Positions 15,944 through 24,771 of a stretch of 32,000 nucleotides of DNA are shown here, piece after piece; position 1 is the stretch's first letter, and each line of letters opens with the position of its first letter. The translations under genes were made by a program, and so were the position numbers. This DNA comes from Candidatus Nanogingivalaceae bacterium (lineage in GTDB: Bacteria; Patescibacteriota; Saccharimonadia; Saccharimonadales; Saccharimonadaceae): the NCBI GenBank assembly GCA_015257795.3, contig CP072208.2, positions 390,001 through 422,000 on the forward strand, read 5' to 3'. The notes beneath the pieces were generated by a model, which was not told the DNA's origin, did no database searches, and saw only the letters and a list, made by a program, of their open reading frames with translations.

Positions 15944-17467
15944 TTATATTCTTTCACGAATTAGCTTTTGGGCTAGTGCCGGGTTTGCCTTACCTTTTGA
16001 TTTTTTCATAATCTGACCGACCAAAAAGCCGATCGCTTTATCATTGCCATTTCGAATGTCTTCGATTGCTTTTTGTGAAGCTGAATCCGCCAAAACCTCA
16101 TCAACAATTTTCGCAATAGCACCCTCATCTGAAACCTGAAGTAAATTCATTTTTTCAGCGATCTTTTCTGGCATAAATTCTAGATTTTCGTCATCAAGCA
16201 TTGCCAAGAAAATTTGATGACCGCCGTTAGAGCTCACTTTTTTATCATGGACTAAATGAGCCAAAAGAGTTAACCGGCGAGGGCCAACATAACCTTTATA
16301 AACTTTATCCATATCGAGTTCTTCGCTTGGCGTTGAAGCAAACCAATTAAAGATTCGCTTCATATTTTCTTTATGTTCTTCAAGTGTGTATTCTGGCAAG
16401 AACTCTCTAATAATCTCTAACGCATTCTCCTGTCCATTCTCCCAAGGTCCATCACCCCAAGTTGCTAGTAACAGTTCAGCGATTCGATAATCACTCAAAG
16501 CATATTCGATCACAGAGCTATCAAGCCCAAAAATACTAAATTTATCTCGGAAATAGTCTGGCATGATTGGAAATCGTGCTTGCATTTTCAAAATTTCTTC
16601 ATCACTCAAGATAATCGGTGGAATATCTGGATCCGGCATATAGCGATAATCTTGGGCTTCCTCTTTACTGCGCTGAGAGAATGTTTTTTGTTCATCATCA
16701 AGCCAACCGCGCGTTTCCTGCTTAATTTTTTCGCCCTTTTCTAGTAATTTAACTTGGCGTTCAAATTCATACTGAGCCGCACGCTCCACGCTTCGAAAAC
16801 TATTTAAGTTTTTAATTTCAGTTCGCGTTCCGAGTTTCTCTTCACCAAATTTTCGTGCCGAGATATTCACATCAAAACGCATATTTCCTTGATACAGATC
16901 ACCATTTGTCACATCCGCAAAAACCATTCGCTTATGAAGCTCTTCAGCATATGCTCGTGCTTCCTCGGCCGAATGAATGTCCGGCATAGAAACGATCTCG
17001 ATTAGAGGTGTTCCAGCTCGATTTAAGTCAACCAGCGAATGATCATTAAAGTGAGTTAGTTTTCCAGCATCTTCTTCAAGATGTGCATGTTCAATCCTCA
17101 CCTTTACTTCACCACCACTAGGGAGTGGTGCAATAATCTCACCAGCACCAATGATTGGCTGATAAAGTTGTGAGGTTTGATAACCTTTTGGTAGATCTGG
17201 ATAAAAATAATGCTTTCGATCAAAACGACTCACGTTTGCAATTTTAGCATTCAAAGCTTTTCCTGCTCGAACCGCTAAACGCACAGCCTCTTTATTTAAA
17301 ACTGGTAGCATTCCGGGCAAACCAAAATCAATTGGTGAAGTTGCTTCGTTTGGTGTTTTATCTCGAGCATCGTTATCACTTCCACTAAAAAGCTTAGTTT
17401 TTGTTTTCAATTGAACATGACATTCAATACCGATTGTCATTTCATATTTTTTTAAAATATCTTCCAT
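15944..17467 (-). CDS. gatB: Asp/Glu-tRNA amidotransferase subunit B
   Basis: MEDILKKYEMTIGIECHVQL... and a C-terminal GatB/YqeY domain. I prefer the ATG at 17467: AGGAG lies 7 nt upstream, and the junction with the preceding ORF reads TGATG. Confidence 0.92.
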   Translation of the reverse strand: MEDILKKYEMTIGIECHVQLKTKTKLFSGSDNDARDKTPNEATSPIDFGLPGMLPVLNKEAVRLAVRAGKALNAKIANVSRFDRKHYFYPDLPKGYQTSQLYQPIIGAGEIIAPLPSGGEVKVRIEHAHLEEDAGKLTHFNDHSLVDLNRAGTPLIEIVSMPDIHSAEEARAYAEELHKRMVFADVTNGDLYQGNMRFDVNISARKFGEEKLGTRTEIKNLNSFRSVERAAQYEFERQVKLLEKGEKIKQETRGWLDDEQKTFSQRSKEEAQDYRYMPDPDIPPIILSDEEILKMQARFPIMPDYFRDKFSIFGLDSSVIEYALSDYRIAELLLATWGDGPWENGQENALEIIREFLPEYTLEEHKENMKRIFNWFASTPSEELDMDKVYKGYVGPRRLTLLAHLVHDKKVSSNGGHQIFLAMLDDENLEFMPEKIAEKMNLLQVSDEGAIAKIVDEVLADSASQKAIEDIRNGNDKAIGFLVGQIMKKSKGKANPALAQKLIRERI

Positions 17468-17880
17468 CAAATTGCTCCTAAATCTTTTAAAGCCTGTTTA
17501 AAGCTATTCATTGCGCGACGAGTTTGGTCGAAATTAATTTGTGCATCATTTTCATGCGCAATCACGTTTCGAAGCTTATGCGCGTGCCAAATTGAATTTG
17601 GGCTCGAAAGCCTGTCTTTTGCATTTTTTAACCGCTCACCCATTGTTTGTCCAGAAATCTTCAATTCTCTCATTGCTGTGTCAACAAGCTTATCGGCATT
17701 AATTAGCGCCAAATGCCAAGTTGCTGGCTCATCTTTTTTAATAGAATTTTCAATTTTTAACCAGTCGCCCTGAAATTTAAGTTTATCGAGCTGAATTTTT
17801 TCAGTTTTAGTTATTTCAATAAAAAAGAATAAAAGTCCAGCACAGATCAAAATTGAAACTGAAAGAATTATTAAATCCAT
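17467..17880 (-). CDS. Membrane-anchored helical protein (137 aa) with the motif AHKLRNVIAHE (Rx4H, HEPN/DUF4145-like)
   Basis: ORF track. N-terminal TM segment LIILSVSILICAGLLFFFI. GGAGG lies 7 nt upstream. It has 1-nt stop/start overlaps with gatA (TAATG) and with gatB (TGATG). Confidence 0.75.
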   Translation of the reverse strand: MDLIILSVSILICAGLLFFFIEITKTEKIQLDKLKFQGDWLKIENSIKKDEPATWHLALINADKLVDTAMRELKISGQTMGERLKNAKDRLSSPNSIWHAHKLRNVIAHENDAQINFDQTRRAMNSFKQALKDLGAI

Positions 17881-19280
17881 TATTTTTCCTCCAAACTATC
17901 TGCGAGTGCTAAAATCTTTGAATCAGATTCCATTTTTCCAATAATTTGCACACCTACTGGTAACCCAGCTTCAGTTTTGCCTGCAGGAACAGATATTGCT
18001 GGTAGGCCCGCTAGAGACGCAGGAACATTCAAGATGTCAGCAAGATACATCTTTATAGGGTCATGCACATTTTCGCCAATCTTAAATGCTGGCGTTGGCG
18101 CAACTGGACCAACCAAAAAATCTACATCCTCAAACAACTTATTGAATTCATTTATCAAAATTGTTCGTGCTTTTTGTGCCTGTAAGTAATATGCATCATA
18201 AAAGCCGCTCGAAAGAACATATGAACCAATCATAATTCGGCGTTTGTTTTCAGCTTCGAAACCTTCATCACGAGATTTTCCAAATACTTCGCTAAGATTC
18301 TTTGCGTCTTTTGAACGTAAACCGTATCGAATTCCGTCATACCGAGCTAGATTAGAAGAAACTTCAGCTGGAACCACAATATAATAAATAGCTAAAGAAT
18401 ATTTACTCATAGGTAATGAAACTTCGACAATTTCATGACCGGCTTTTCGCATTTTTTCAATATAATTTTCAGTTACCTTTCGAACTTCAGGGTCAACTCC
18501 ATCACTCAAAAACTCTTTAACAACACCAATTTTTGCCTTTTTTGGTGCTTTTTCTTCTTTCCAAAAATCAGGCAAGGTCATTGCGTCACGAGAATCAAGA
18601 CCAGCCATAACACGCATTACAAGTTCACTCTCTTTAGCGGTTTTAGCAAAAACGCCAATCGTATCAGTTGAAGAAGCCATTGCGACAACACCAAATCGAG
18701 AAACTGTTCCATAAGTTGGTTTTACGCCATAAACACCGTTAAAGCTAGCTGGCTGACGAATTGAGCCACCCGTATCAGTTCCAAGAGTGAAAGGAACGAT
18801 ATCTAATGCCGAAATTACTGCCGACCCTCCAGAAGAGCCACCGGCAACACGGGTTTTATCAACTGAGTTTTTAGTAACTCCAAAAGCTGAGTTTTCAGTA
18901 GAACCCCCGTGAGCAAAAGCATCTAAATTAGCTTTTCCAATACAAATCGCACCCGCATTTTCTAATTTTTCGATAGCGGTTGCTTGAATTGGAGTCATGA
19001 AATGCTCAAGCATTTTGCTTGAAGCTGTTGAAGGCGACCCAAACACCAAGAAATTATCTTTCGCAACAAAAGGTACTCCAGCCAATTCGCCAACTTTCTC
19101 ACCTTTCGAAATTTTTTCGTCAATCTCTTTAGCTCGTTCTAAAGCCCTATCTCCAATCAAACTCGTAAAAGCATTAAACTCCTTAGCATTTTCAGCCTTT
19201 GCTAGCGCTTCTTCTACAAACTCAACTGCTGTCTTTTTACCAGACAGAACTTGTTCTCTAATTTCAAAAATACTCGTCAT
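17880..19280 (-). CDS. gatA: Glu-tRNA(Gln) amidotransferase subunit A
   Basis: Amidase signature GGSSGGSA. 466 aa. Confidence 0.92.
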   Translation of the reverse strand: MTSIFEIREQVLSGKKTAVEFVEEALAKAENAKEFNAFTSLIGDRALERAKEIDEKISKGEKVGELAGVPFVAKDNFLVFGSPSTASSKMLEHFMTPIQATAIEKLENAGAICIGKANLDAFAHGGSTENSAFGVTKNSVDKTRVAGGSSGGSAVISALDIVPFTLGTDTGGSIRQPASFNGVYGVKPTYGTVSRFGVVAMASSTDTIGVFAKTAKESELVMRVMAGLDSRDAMTLPDFWKEEKAPKKAKIGVVKEFLSDGVDPEVRKVTENYIEKMRKAGHEIVEVSLPMSKYSLAIYYIVVPAEVSSNLARYDGIRYGLRSKDAKNLSEVFGKSRDEGFEAENKRRIMIGSYVLSSGFYDAYYLQAQKARTILINEFNKLFEDVDFLVGPVAPTPAFKIGENVHDPIKMYLADILNVPASLAGLPAISVPAGKTEAGLPVGVQIIGKMESDSKILALADSLEEK

Positions 19281-19287
19281 AATTCTC

Positions 19288-19581
19288 CTACAAAACCTTT
19301 GGAACTTTTACTTGATTATCTTCAACATTATTACCAGCCAACTTCAAAAGCTCAGCTCGCTTAACACCGTAATCATTAATTTCATCTTCTCGCCAAACAT
19401 TTTGATTTTTCGAAACCGAATAAGTCGGCTCAACGCCATCTGTATTAAGTTCGCTAAGTTGTTCAATATATTCAACAATATTTCCCAAGTCAGTTTGAAG
19501 ATTAGAAACTTCATCATCGCTTAACGAAATACTTGAAAGCTCCGCTAAACGCTTAACTTCTTCTTTTGATATCTTTTCCAT
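19288..19581 (-). CDS. gatC: Asp/Glu-tRNA amidotransferase subunit C
   Basis: MEKISKEEVKRLAELSSISLSDDEV.... I moved the start to the ATG at 19581 because the track's upstream 23 codons cover the promoter. Confidence 0.85.
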   Translation of the reverse strand: MEKISKEEVKRLAELSSISLSDDEVSNLQTDLGNIVEYIEQLSELNTDGVEPTYSVSKNQNVWREDEINDYGVKRAELLKLAGNNVEDNQVKVPKVL

Positions 19582-19588
19582 ATACTTT

Positions 19589-19597
19589 AGTATATCA
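19589..19597 (-). promoter_or_regulatory. Extended -10 promoter of gatC, leaderless-type
   Basis: Minus strand reads TGaTATACT, then 7 nt, then the ATG. No Shine-Dalgarno. Confidence 0.5.
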
Positions 19598-19650
19598 CTT
19601 TTTGTATTTTTTTTAAAGTATACATCTTGTCTTATTCGGTTATTTAGCAA

Positions 19651-19690
19651 TAAAAAAACAACCGCCCGAATATCTTTCGAACGATTGTTT
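19651..19690 (-). terminator. Terminator after rpsI
   Basis: Stem ACAATCG/CGGTTGT (one G-U pair) with a 17-nt loop, followed by UUUUUUUAUU. Confidence 0.45.
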
Positions 19691-19701
19691 TTTTGTATAG
19701 A

Positions 19702-20100
19702 TTAACGCTTTGAGAATTGTTCTCGTTTTCGCGCTGATCGTAAACCGTATTTCTTGCGTTCTTTTTCGCGTGGATCACGCTTCAAGAATTCTGCTTTTTT
19801 CAATACTGGTCGCAAATCTGCATGAGCAACAGTTAAAGCTTTTGAAATAGCGAGTTTAATAGCGTCAACTTGACCGGCTAAACCACCACCGTTAACTTTT
19901 ACTGTAATATCAAAATCTGATTGTTTACCAACCAATGCAAGCGGATCTGTAATTTCAGCAAGCATTGATTTATTTCCATCAAAATATTCAAGTGCAGGTT
20001 TTTCGTTAATAGTAAGACTACCTTTTCCTGAATATAGTCGAGCTCGAGCAGTCGCAGCTTTTCGTCGGCCAAGACCGTAGAAATATTTAGCTTCAGCCAT
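19702..20100 (-). CDS. rpsI: 30S ribosomal protein S9
   Basis: 132 aa. Contains ...GGGLAGQVDAIKLAISKAL... and ends in the basic tail ...RKREQFSKR. Confidence 0.93.
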   Translation of the reverse strand: MAEAKYFYGLGRRKAATARARLYSGKGSLTINEKPALEYFDGNKSMLAEITDPLALVGKQSDFDITVKVNGGGLAGQVDAIKLAISKALTVAHADLRPVLKKAEFLKRDPREKERKKYGLRSARKREQFSKR

Positions 20101-20102
20101 GA

Positions 20103-20549
20103 TTATTTAACCTCAACTTTCTTTGGTTTTTGAGCTGAATGGTTATGCTCTGAACCTACATAAACTTTCAAACGTTTCATTCGTTCAGCTTGAAGTTTAT
20201 TCTTTGGAAGCATACCTGAAACTGCTTTTTCTATAATCATTGCAGCATTCTTTTCGCGCAATTCTTTCAAAGAAGCTTCACTTAGACCACCAGGAAATCC
20301 ACTGTGTCGATAATACATCTTATCTTCTTCTTTATTTCCTGTAACTTTAACCTTTTCAGCATTGATAACAATTACATAATCTCCGCCGTCTGTGTGTGGC
20401 GTATATGTAGGCTTGTTTTTGCCTGTCAAAAAAGTTGCAATTTTTGCGCTAAGTCGACCAAGTGTAGCCGATTCAGCAGCATCAATCAAGATCCAATCTC
20501 GTTTAACTTCAGCTGGTTTTTGTGAATAAGTTTTTGCGTTAATTGCCAT
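20103..20549 (-). CDS. rplM: 50S ribosomal protein L13
   Basis: 148 aa. Contains ...YTPHTDGGDYVIVINAEKV...YYRHSGFPGG.... Confidence 0.93.
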   Translation of the reverse strand: MAINAKTYSQKPAEVKRDWILIDAAESATLGRLSAKIATFLTGKNKPTYTPHTDGGDYVIVINAEKVKVTGNKEEDKMYYRHSGFPGGLSEASLKELREKNAAMIIEKAVSGMLPKNKLQAERMKRLKVYVGSEHNHSAQKPKKVEVK

Positions 20550-20933
20550 CTACTTATCCTCACTTTCGTGTTTAATTTCATCAACAAATTCAATTGTAGC
20601 CATTTCTGCGGCATCACCTCGACGAATTCGAGTTCGCTCAACTCGCAAATGCCCACTGTTTCGTTTCGAAAGTTGTGGTGCGATAACATCTACTAATTTA
20701 TTTGCTGCGTCAATATTACCAAGTTTGGCCATAACTTGACGACGGTTATGTAAATCACCTTTTTTAGCTTTAGTGATAAGCTTTTCTGTGTAGCGCAAAG
20801 TCTCTTTGGCTTTTGGCAAAGTTGTTTCAATCTTGCCATGAATGACTAACGAAGTCGCTAAGCCTTTGAGGAGCGCTCGGCGTTGATCGCGTTCACGACC
20901 AAATTTTCGCCCTTTATATCCATGTCGGTGCAT
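20550..20933 (-). CDS. rplQ: 50S ribosomal protein L17
   Basis: Begins MHRHGYKGRKFGRERDQRRALLKGLA.... 127 aa. Confidence 0.92.
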   Translation of the reverse strand: MHRHGYKGRKFGRERDQRRALLKGLATSLVIHGKIETTLPKAKETLRYTEKLITKAKKGDLHNRRQVMAKLGNIDAANKLVDVIAPQLSKRNSGHLRVERTRIRRGDAAEMATIEFVDEIKHESEDK

Positions 20934-20934
20934 A

Positions 20935-21858
20935 TTATAAATTTAACTCCGCTATTTTATCTTTTACTTCATCCAAAGCTTTGCTTCCAAAGCCTTTAAG
21001 TTCACGCAAATCTTGTTCGGTAAGGTTTACTAAGTCGTGAACAGTGCGAATGTCATTGTTGACAAGCGCATTTGTTGTTCGAGCTGTCAAGTTTAGATCT
21101 TCAATTGGTGTATGAAGCTCACTCGCCTCATCCTCGGCTTCCTCGCCAAGAGCTGGAGCAGCCTCAATTGTTGTAGATCCTGCAAGAGCCGTATACTGGT
21201 TTGCTAGGATTGCAGATGCTTGTTCGAAAGCTTCTCGAGGAGACAATGAACCGTCGGTCTCGATAGTTATATTAAGCTTATCAAGATTCGAAACTTGTCC
21301 AACACGAGTATTGTCAACTTTGTATCGAACTCGCAAAACCGGCGTAAAGATAGCGTCAACCGCAATCATATCGCTATGAATTCGATCTTCGCTTGATTCT
21401 TCGATCGTTTTGTATCCATGACCAGATTCAACTACAAGGTCCATTACAAACTTAGTTTTTGCATCATCGATAGTTGCAATAATTTGATCTGGGTTTACAA
21501 CTTCCATATCTGCGCTAGCTTGAATATCTGCAGCAGTAATCACTCCAGCACCAGTTTTTTCTAATCGAAGCTCAACAGGTGAATCAGTATGAGCTTTGAA
21601 TTTAATATTTTTAAGATTCAACATGATGTCAACCACATCTTCTTTTACACCTTCAATAGATGTAAATTCATGACTAACTCCGTCAATCTTAAAAGCAACT
21701 ATCGCTGCACCATTTATGCTAGAAAGAAGCACTCGGCGCAAACTATTTCCAAGCGTATTCCCGTATCCAGGTTCAAGCGGTTTTACAACAAAAGTTGCAA
21801 CGTTATCGCTTAAATCCTGAATTTCGGCAAGCGCCGGATTGTGAATTAATTTTGACAT
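20935..21858 (-). CDS. rpoA: DNA-directed RNA polymerase subunit alpha
   Basis: 307 aa. The N-terminal domain contains GNSLRRVLLSS, and the C-terminal domain has an HhH-type region (LNLTARTTNAL...LKGFGSKALDEV). Confidence 0.93.
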   Translation of the reverse strand: MSKLIHNPALAEIQDLSDNVATFVVKPLEPGYGNTLGNSLRRVLLSSINGAAIVAFKIDGVSHEFTSIEGVKEDVVDIMLNLKNIKFKAHTDSPVELRLEKTGAGVITAADIQASADMEVVNPDQIIATIDDAKTKFVMDLVVESGHGYKTIEESSEDRIHSDMIAVDAIFTPVLRVRYKVDNTRVGQVSNLDKLNITIETDGSLSPREAFEQASAILANQYTALAGSTTIEAAPALGEEAEDEASELHTPIEDLNLTARTTNALVNNDIRTVHDLVNLTEQDLRELKGFGSKALDEVKDKIAELNL

Positions 21859-21881
21859 ATAAACTTTTAGCTCCTTACCTT

Positions 21882-22499
21882 TTATCGTGAGTAGTATTCA
21901 ACGATTAGCTGTTCATTGATTCCAGCTTCTGCTTCTTCTCGTTTAGGAAGACCAGTAATAGAAACTGTCATCTTTTTGCCATCAGCCTTCAACCAACTAA
22001 GTGGTGCTGGTGCTGCATCAGCAATAACATTTTCAAGATTTGTGAAATAGCCAGATTTTTGGCTTTTTGGTCGAACAACAATCTCATCGCCAGACTTCAA
22101 ACGAATTGAAGGAATATCAACGCGTCGTCCGTTTAATAAGAAATGTCCGTGGCTCACCAATTGGCGAGCTTGTCGACGTGAAGTTGCGAAACCTGCACGA
22201 TAAATAGCATTATCTAAGCGAAGTTCCAAAAGTTGTAGCAAGTTTTCACCAGCCAAACCTTCACGACGTGATGCTTCTTTCATCAATCGTGCGAATTGTT
22301 TTTCAAGAAGTCCGTAAAGTCGTCGAACTTTTTGTTTTTCACGCAATTGAATTGCATACAAGCTTGGTTTTCCTTGTCGAGAACCTGAGTGTTGACCAGG
22401 AATACCACTTTTACGTGCCATAATTTTGACAGCTTTTCTATGAAGGGCATAGCCTTCTCGGCGTGATTGTTTAACAATCGGAGACCTATCTCTCGCCAT
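21882..22499 (-). CDS. rpsD: 30S ribosomal protein S4
   Basis: 205 aa, with an S4 RNA-binding domain (LDNAIYRAGFATSRRQARQLVSHGH). Confidence 0.93.
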   Translation of the reverse strand: MARDRSPIVKQSRREGYALHRKAVKIMARKSGIPGQHSGSRQGKPSLYAIQLREKQKVRRLYGLLEKQFARLMKEASRREGLAGENLLQLLELRLDNAIYRAGFATSRRQARQLVSHGHFLLNGRRVDIPSIRLKSGDEIVVRPKSQKSGYFTNLENVIADAAPAPLSWLKADGKKMTVSITGLPKREEAEAGINEQLIVEYYSR

Positions 22500-22502
22500 A
22501 AA

Positions 22503-22889
22503 TTAAGCCCTCCTTGCTTTCTTTGGACGAACGCCACCATGTGGAACGCCAGTCACATCTTTAATACTTTCAACAGCAATGTTTACATTTGAAAGTGATC
22601 GGATCGCTGAATCGCGACCTAGACCCACACCCTTAACGAAAACATCTACTGATTTTAGGCCATAAAGAGCCTGTGCATTTTCGGCTGCTTTTTCAGTTGC
22701 AACCTGCGCTGCATAAGCTGTACCTTTTTTGCTTCCGCGGAAACCACACGCACCAGCGCTCGCTGCTGCTAAAGCATTACCTTTTTTATCTGTAAAAGTA
22801 ATGATTGTGTTGTTGAAGGTAGCTTGAATATGCATTTGACCTGATGGAACAGATCGGCGCTGTTTTTTACGACTAACTTTTTCTGCCAT
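22503..22889 (-). CDS. rpsK: 30S ribosomal protein S11
   Basis: 128 aa. Contains ...GFRGSKKGTAYAAQ...PHGGVRPKKARR. Confidence 0.93.
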   Translation of the reverse strand: MAEKVSRKKQRRSVPSGQMHIQATFNNTIITFTDKKGNALAAASAGACGFRGSKKGTAYAAQVATEKAAENAQALYGLKSVDVFVKGVGLGRDSAIRSLSNVNIAVESIKDVTGVPHGGVRPKKARRA

Positions 22890-22909
22890 AATTCTATCCC
22901 TTTCTCAAA

Positions 22910-23296
22910 TCAAGTCTTACTTGCTGCTTTTGGCTGTGCTCCACCAACGGCGATTGCGCGACCCTTTCGAGTTCGTGCGTTCGTTCGTGTGCGCTGACCG
23001 TTTACAGGCAACCCTGATTTGTGTCGCATACCTTTATAGTTGTTAATGTCTTTTAGACGTTTAATATTATTTGCCACGAGGCGTTGCAGATCACCTTCTA
23101 CAGTGTAATCATTATCAATAATTGCACGTAGTTTCTGTTCTTCAGCCTCGGTGAGATCTTTCACCCGAGTGGTCGGCTCAATATTAGCCGCCGCAAGGAT
23201 GGTTCGCGAAGTTGTTTCGCCAATACCATAAATGTAAGTAAGAGCGATCCAGACTTGCTTTTCTGCTGGGATTGTTACCCCTGCGATTCGAGCCAT
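22910..23296 (-). CDS. rpsM: 30S ribosomal protein S13
   Basis: Begins [10 protein letters not shown]...[10 protein letters not shown].... 128 aa. Confidence 0.93.
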   Translation of the reverse strand: MARIAGVTIPAEKQVWIALTYIYGIGETTSRTILAAANIEPTTRVKDLTEAEEQKLRAIIDNDYTVEGDLQRLVANNIKRLKDINNYKGMRHKSGLPVNGQRTRTNARTRKGRAIAVGGAQPKAASKT

Positions 23297-23298
23297 AC

Positions 23299-23415
23299 TT
23301 AACCCTGCCTTTGCTTATTCTTAGGTTTTTTCTTATTGATAACACGTAGTCGACCTTTTCGGCGAACTAAAATGTCATCTGGACTGATTTTTTTAACACT
23401 TGCACGAACTTTCAT
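23299..23415 (-). CDS. rpmJ: 50S ribosomal protein L36, cysteine-less (C-minus) form
   Basis: My own translation: [38 protein letters not shown] (38 aa). It is too short for the ORF track. AAGGAG lies upstream. It sits at the conserved position between infA and rpsM. Confidence 0.85.
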   Translation of the reverse strand: MKVRASVKKISPDDILVRRKGRLRVINKKKPKNKQRQG

Positions 23416-23515
23416 AAGTGTATAAAAACTCCTTATCCTTTAGGTTTATATTATCTGCAAATCCCCATAGAAATAATAAGCCATTTAAATTTTGGCTTTT
23501 TCTATTTTGAACTTG

Positions 23516-23737
23516 CTAGTCTCTTAGGCGGAAGCTGATTCTTCCCTTAGTAAGATCATAAGGGGTCAACTCTACTTCAACCTTATCGCCCGGAACTAAA
23601 CGAATATAATGCTTTCGCATCTTTCCGCTAATATGAGCGATGATTGTATGCCCATTTTGAAGCTCAACTTTAAACTGCGTGTTTGGCAAAGCCTCCACGA
23701 TTCGTCCTTCCAATTTTATTACTTCCTTTTGAGCCAT
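23516..23737 (-). CDS. infA: Translation initiation factor IF-1
   Basis: [30 protein letters not shown].... I prefer the ATG at 23737 over the track's TTG at 23749, because that TTG overlaps the -10 box. Confidence 0.9.
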   Translation of the reverse strand: MAQKEVIKLEGRIVEALPNTQFKVELQNGHTIIAHISGKMRKHYIRLVPGDKVEVELTPYDLTKGRISFRLRD

Positions 23738-23748
23738 AAATCTATACA

Positions 23749-23777
23749 ATTTTACCCTATTATCTTTAAAAAGTCAA
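23749..23777 (-). promoter_or_regulatory. Promoter of infA, with a very short leader
   Basis: Minus strand reads TTGACT, a 17-nt spacer, TAAAAT, then 11 nt to the ATG at 23737. No Shine-Dalgarno. Confidence 0.5.
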
Positions 23778-23827
23778 GGGTTTTTTAAAATTTTAAAAAT
23801 AAAAAAGCGATCCGTAGACCGCTAATT

Positions 23828-24703
23828 CTAAATCCAGAGACGAAGTTCTTTAGAAAGCCATCTCTCAAAACATTCGAGGTTTCTAATTATTGGTGACTCT
23901 TTTTTAGTGTTTGAAAGAATATTTTCAATAACCGGTCGCCGCTTCCTTTCAGAAATTACTGTAAATTTACAACGCTCATCAGACTTATCTGAATCTTCTC
24001 CTAAAAAATCAATAATTTGATCGAAAAAAGTTATTGAAGGGTTTATGACAAATGCCTTATCCGCATATTTCATCATCGAAAAATCACCCTGAGTATCGCC
24101 CGCCGCAATAACAAAAAAGTCCTCTCTGTTGAATAAGTATGACTTTTTACTTATCTTCTCCAATACTTGTTCAACAAACATATGCTTGTTTTCGAATGTC
24201 CGAATTTTAGTTTCTCTAAAAATTCCTTGATCGTCCTTTTCGTAGTCTTGACCAATTCCCATATAGAAATCGTATTCTTTAACAAAAGCATCCACTAAAA
24301 ATTTTGGCGAACCGGAAATAGCAACTAGCTTAAACCCTTCTGTTCGTAAAAAGTTAATCATGTTTAATGTAGAGATGTAATCTTGACTACCTCGATATTC
24401 TACCACAACTCTTCGCCCAATTTCGCGAACTTCTTCAGAAGTGTATTTTTCTAATGCTATCATTGCAAAAGCAACAACCATTTGACAATATTGACCAAAC
24501 AGCTCATCCGAATTCTTTTCGGAAGTTTTATAAGCTTTTCGAAGTTCTTTTATCTCCTTCTGAAGCCCCTGATACTTCTCTAAATTACCCCCACGATACT
24601 TGTAGTCGCGGATGAGAATTTCATATAAACTTTCTGGCAGTGGCCTTGTTCTAATCGTTCCATCAATATCAAAAAATGCAACCTTCTCTTTAAAGTTTGG
24701 CAT
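23828..24703 (-). CDS. HAD-superfamily hydrolase (HAD-IB / SerB-like phosphatase fold), 291 aa
   Basis: Motif I FFDIDGT, motif II VAISGS and motif IV AAGDTQGD, plus a helical cap insertion. Confidence 0.7.
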   Translation of the reverse strand: MPNFKEKVAFFDIDGTIRTRPLPESLYEILIRDYKYRGGNLEKYQGLQKEIKELRKAYKTSEKNSDELFGQYCQMVVAFAMIALEKYTSEEVREIGRRVVVEYRGSQDYISTLNMINFLRTEGFKLVAISGSPKFLVDAFVKEYDFYMGIGQDYEKDDQGIFRETKIRTFENKHMFVEQVLEKISKKSYLFNREDFFVIAAGDTQGDFSMMKYADKAFVINPSITFFDQIIDFLGEDSDKSDERCKFTVISERKRRPVIENILSNTKKESPIIRNLECFERWLSKELRLWI

Positions 24704-24771
24704 ACCCAGTACCTCTTTTCTAAAAAATGTGCTAGAACCATATCATAGCACATTTTTATTGTTAGGTCAAA

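Noticed and set aside
20486-20689. Out-of-frame ORFs overlapping ribosomal protein genes (20486-20689, 22283-22540, 20304-20525, 21589-21813)
   Set aside because: They overlap highly conserved rplQ/rplM/rpsD/rpsK/rpoA frames and have no independent signals.
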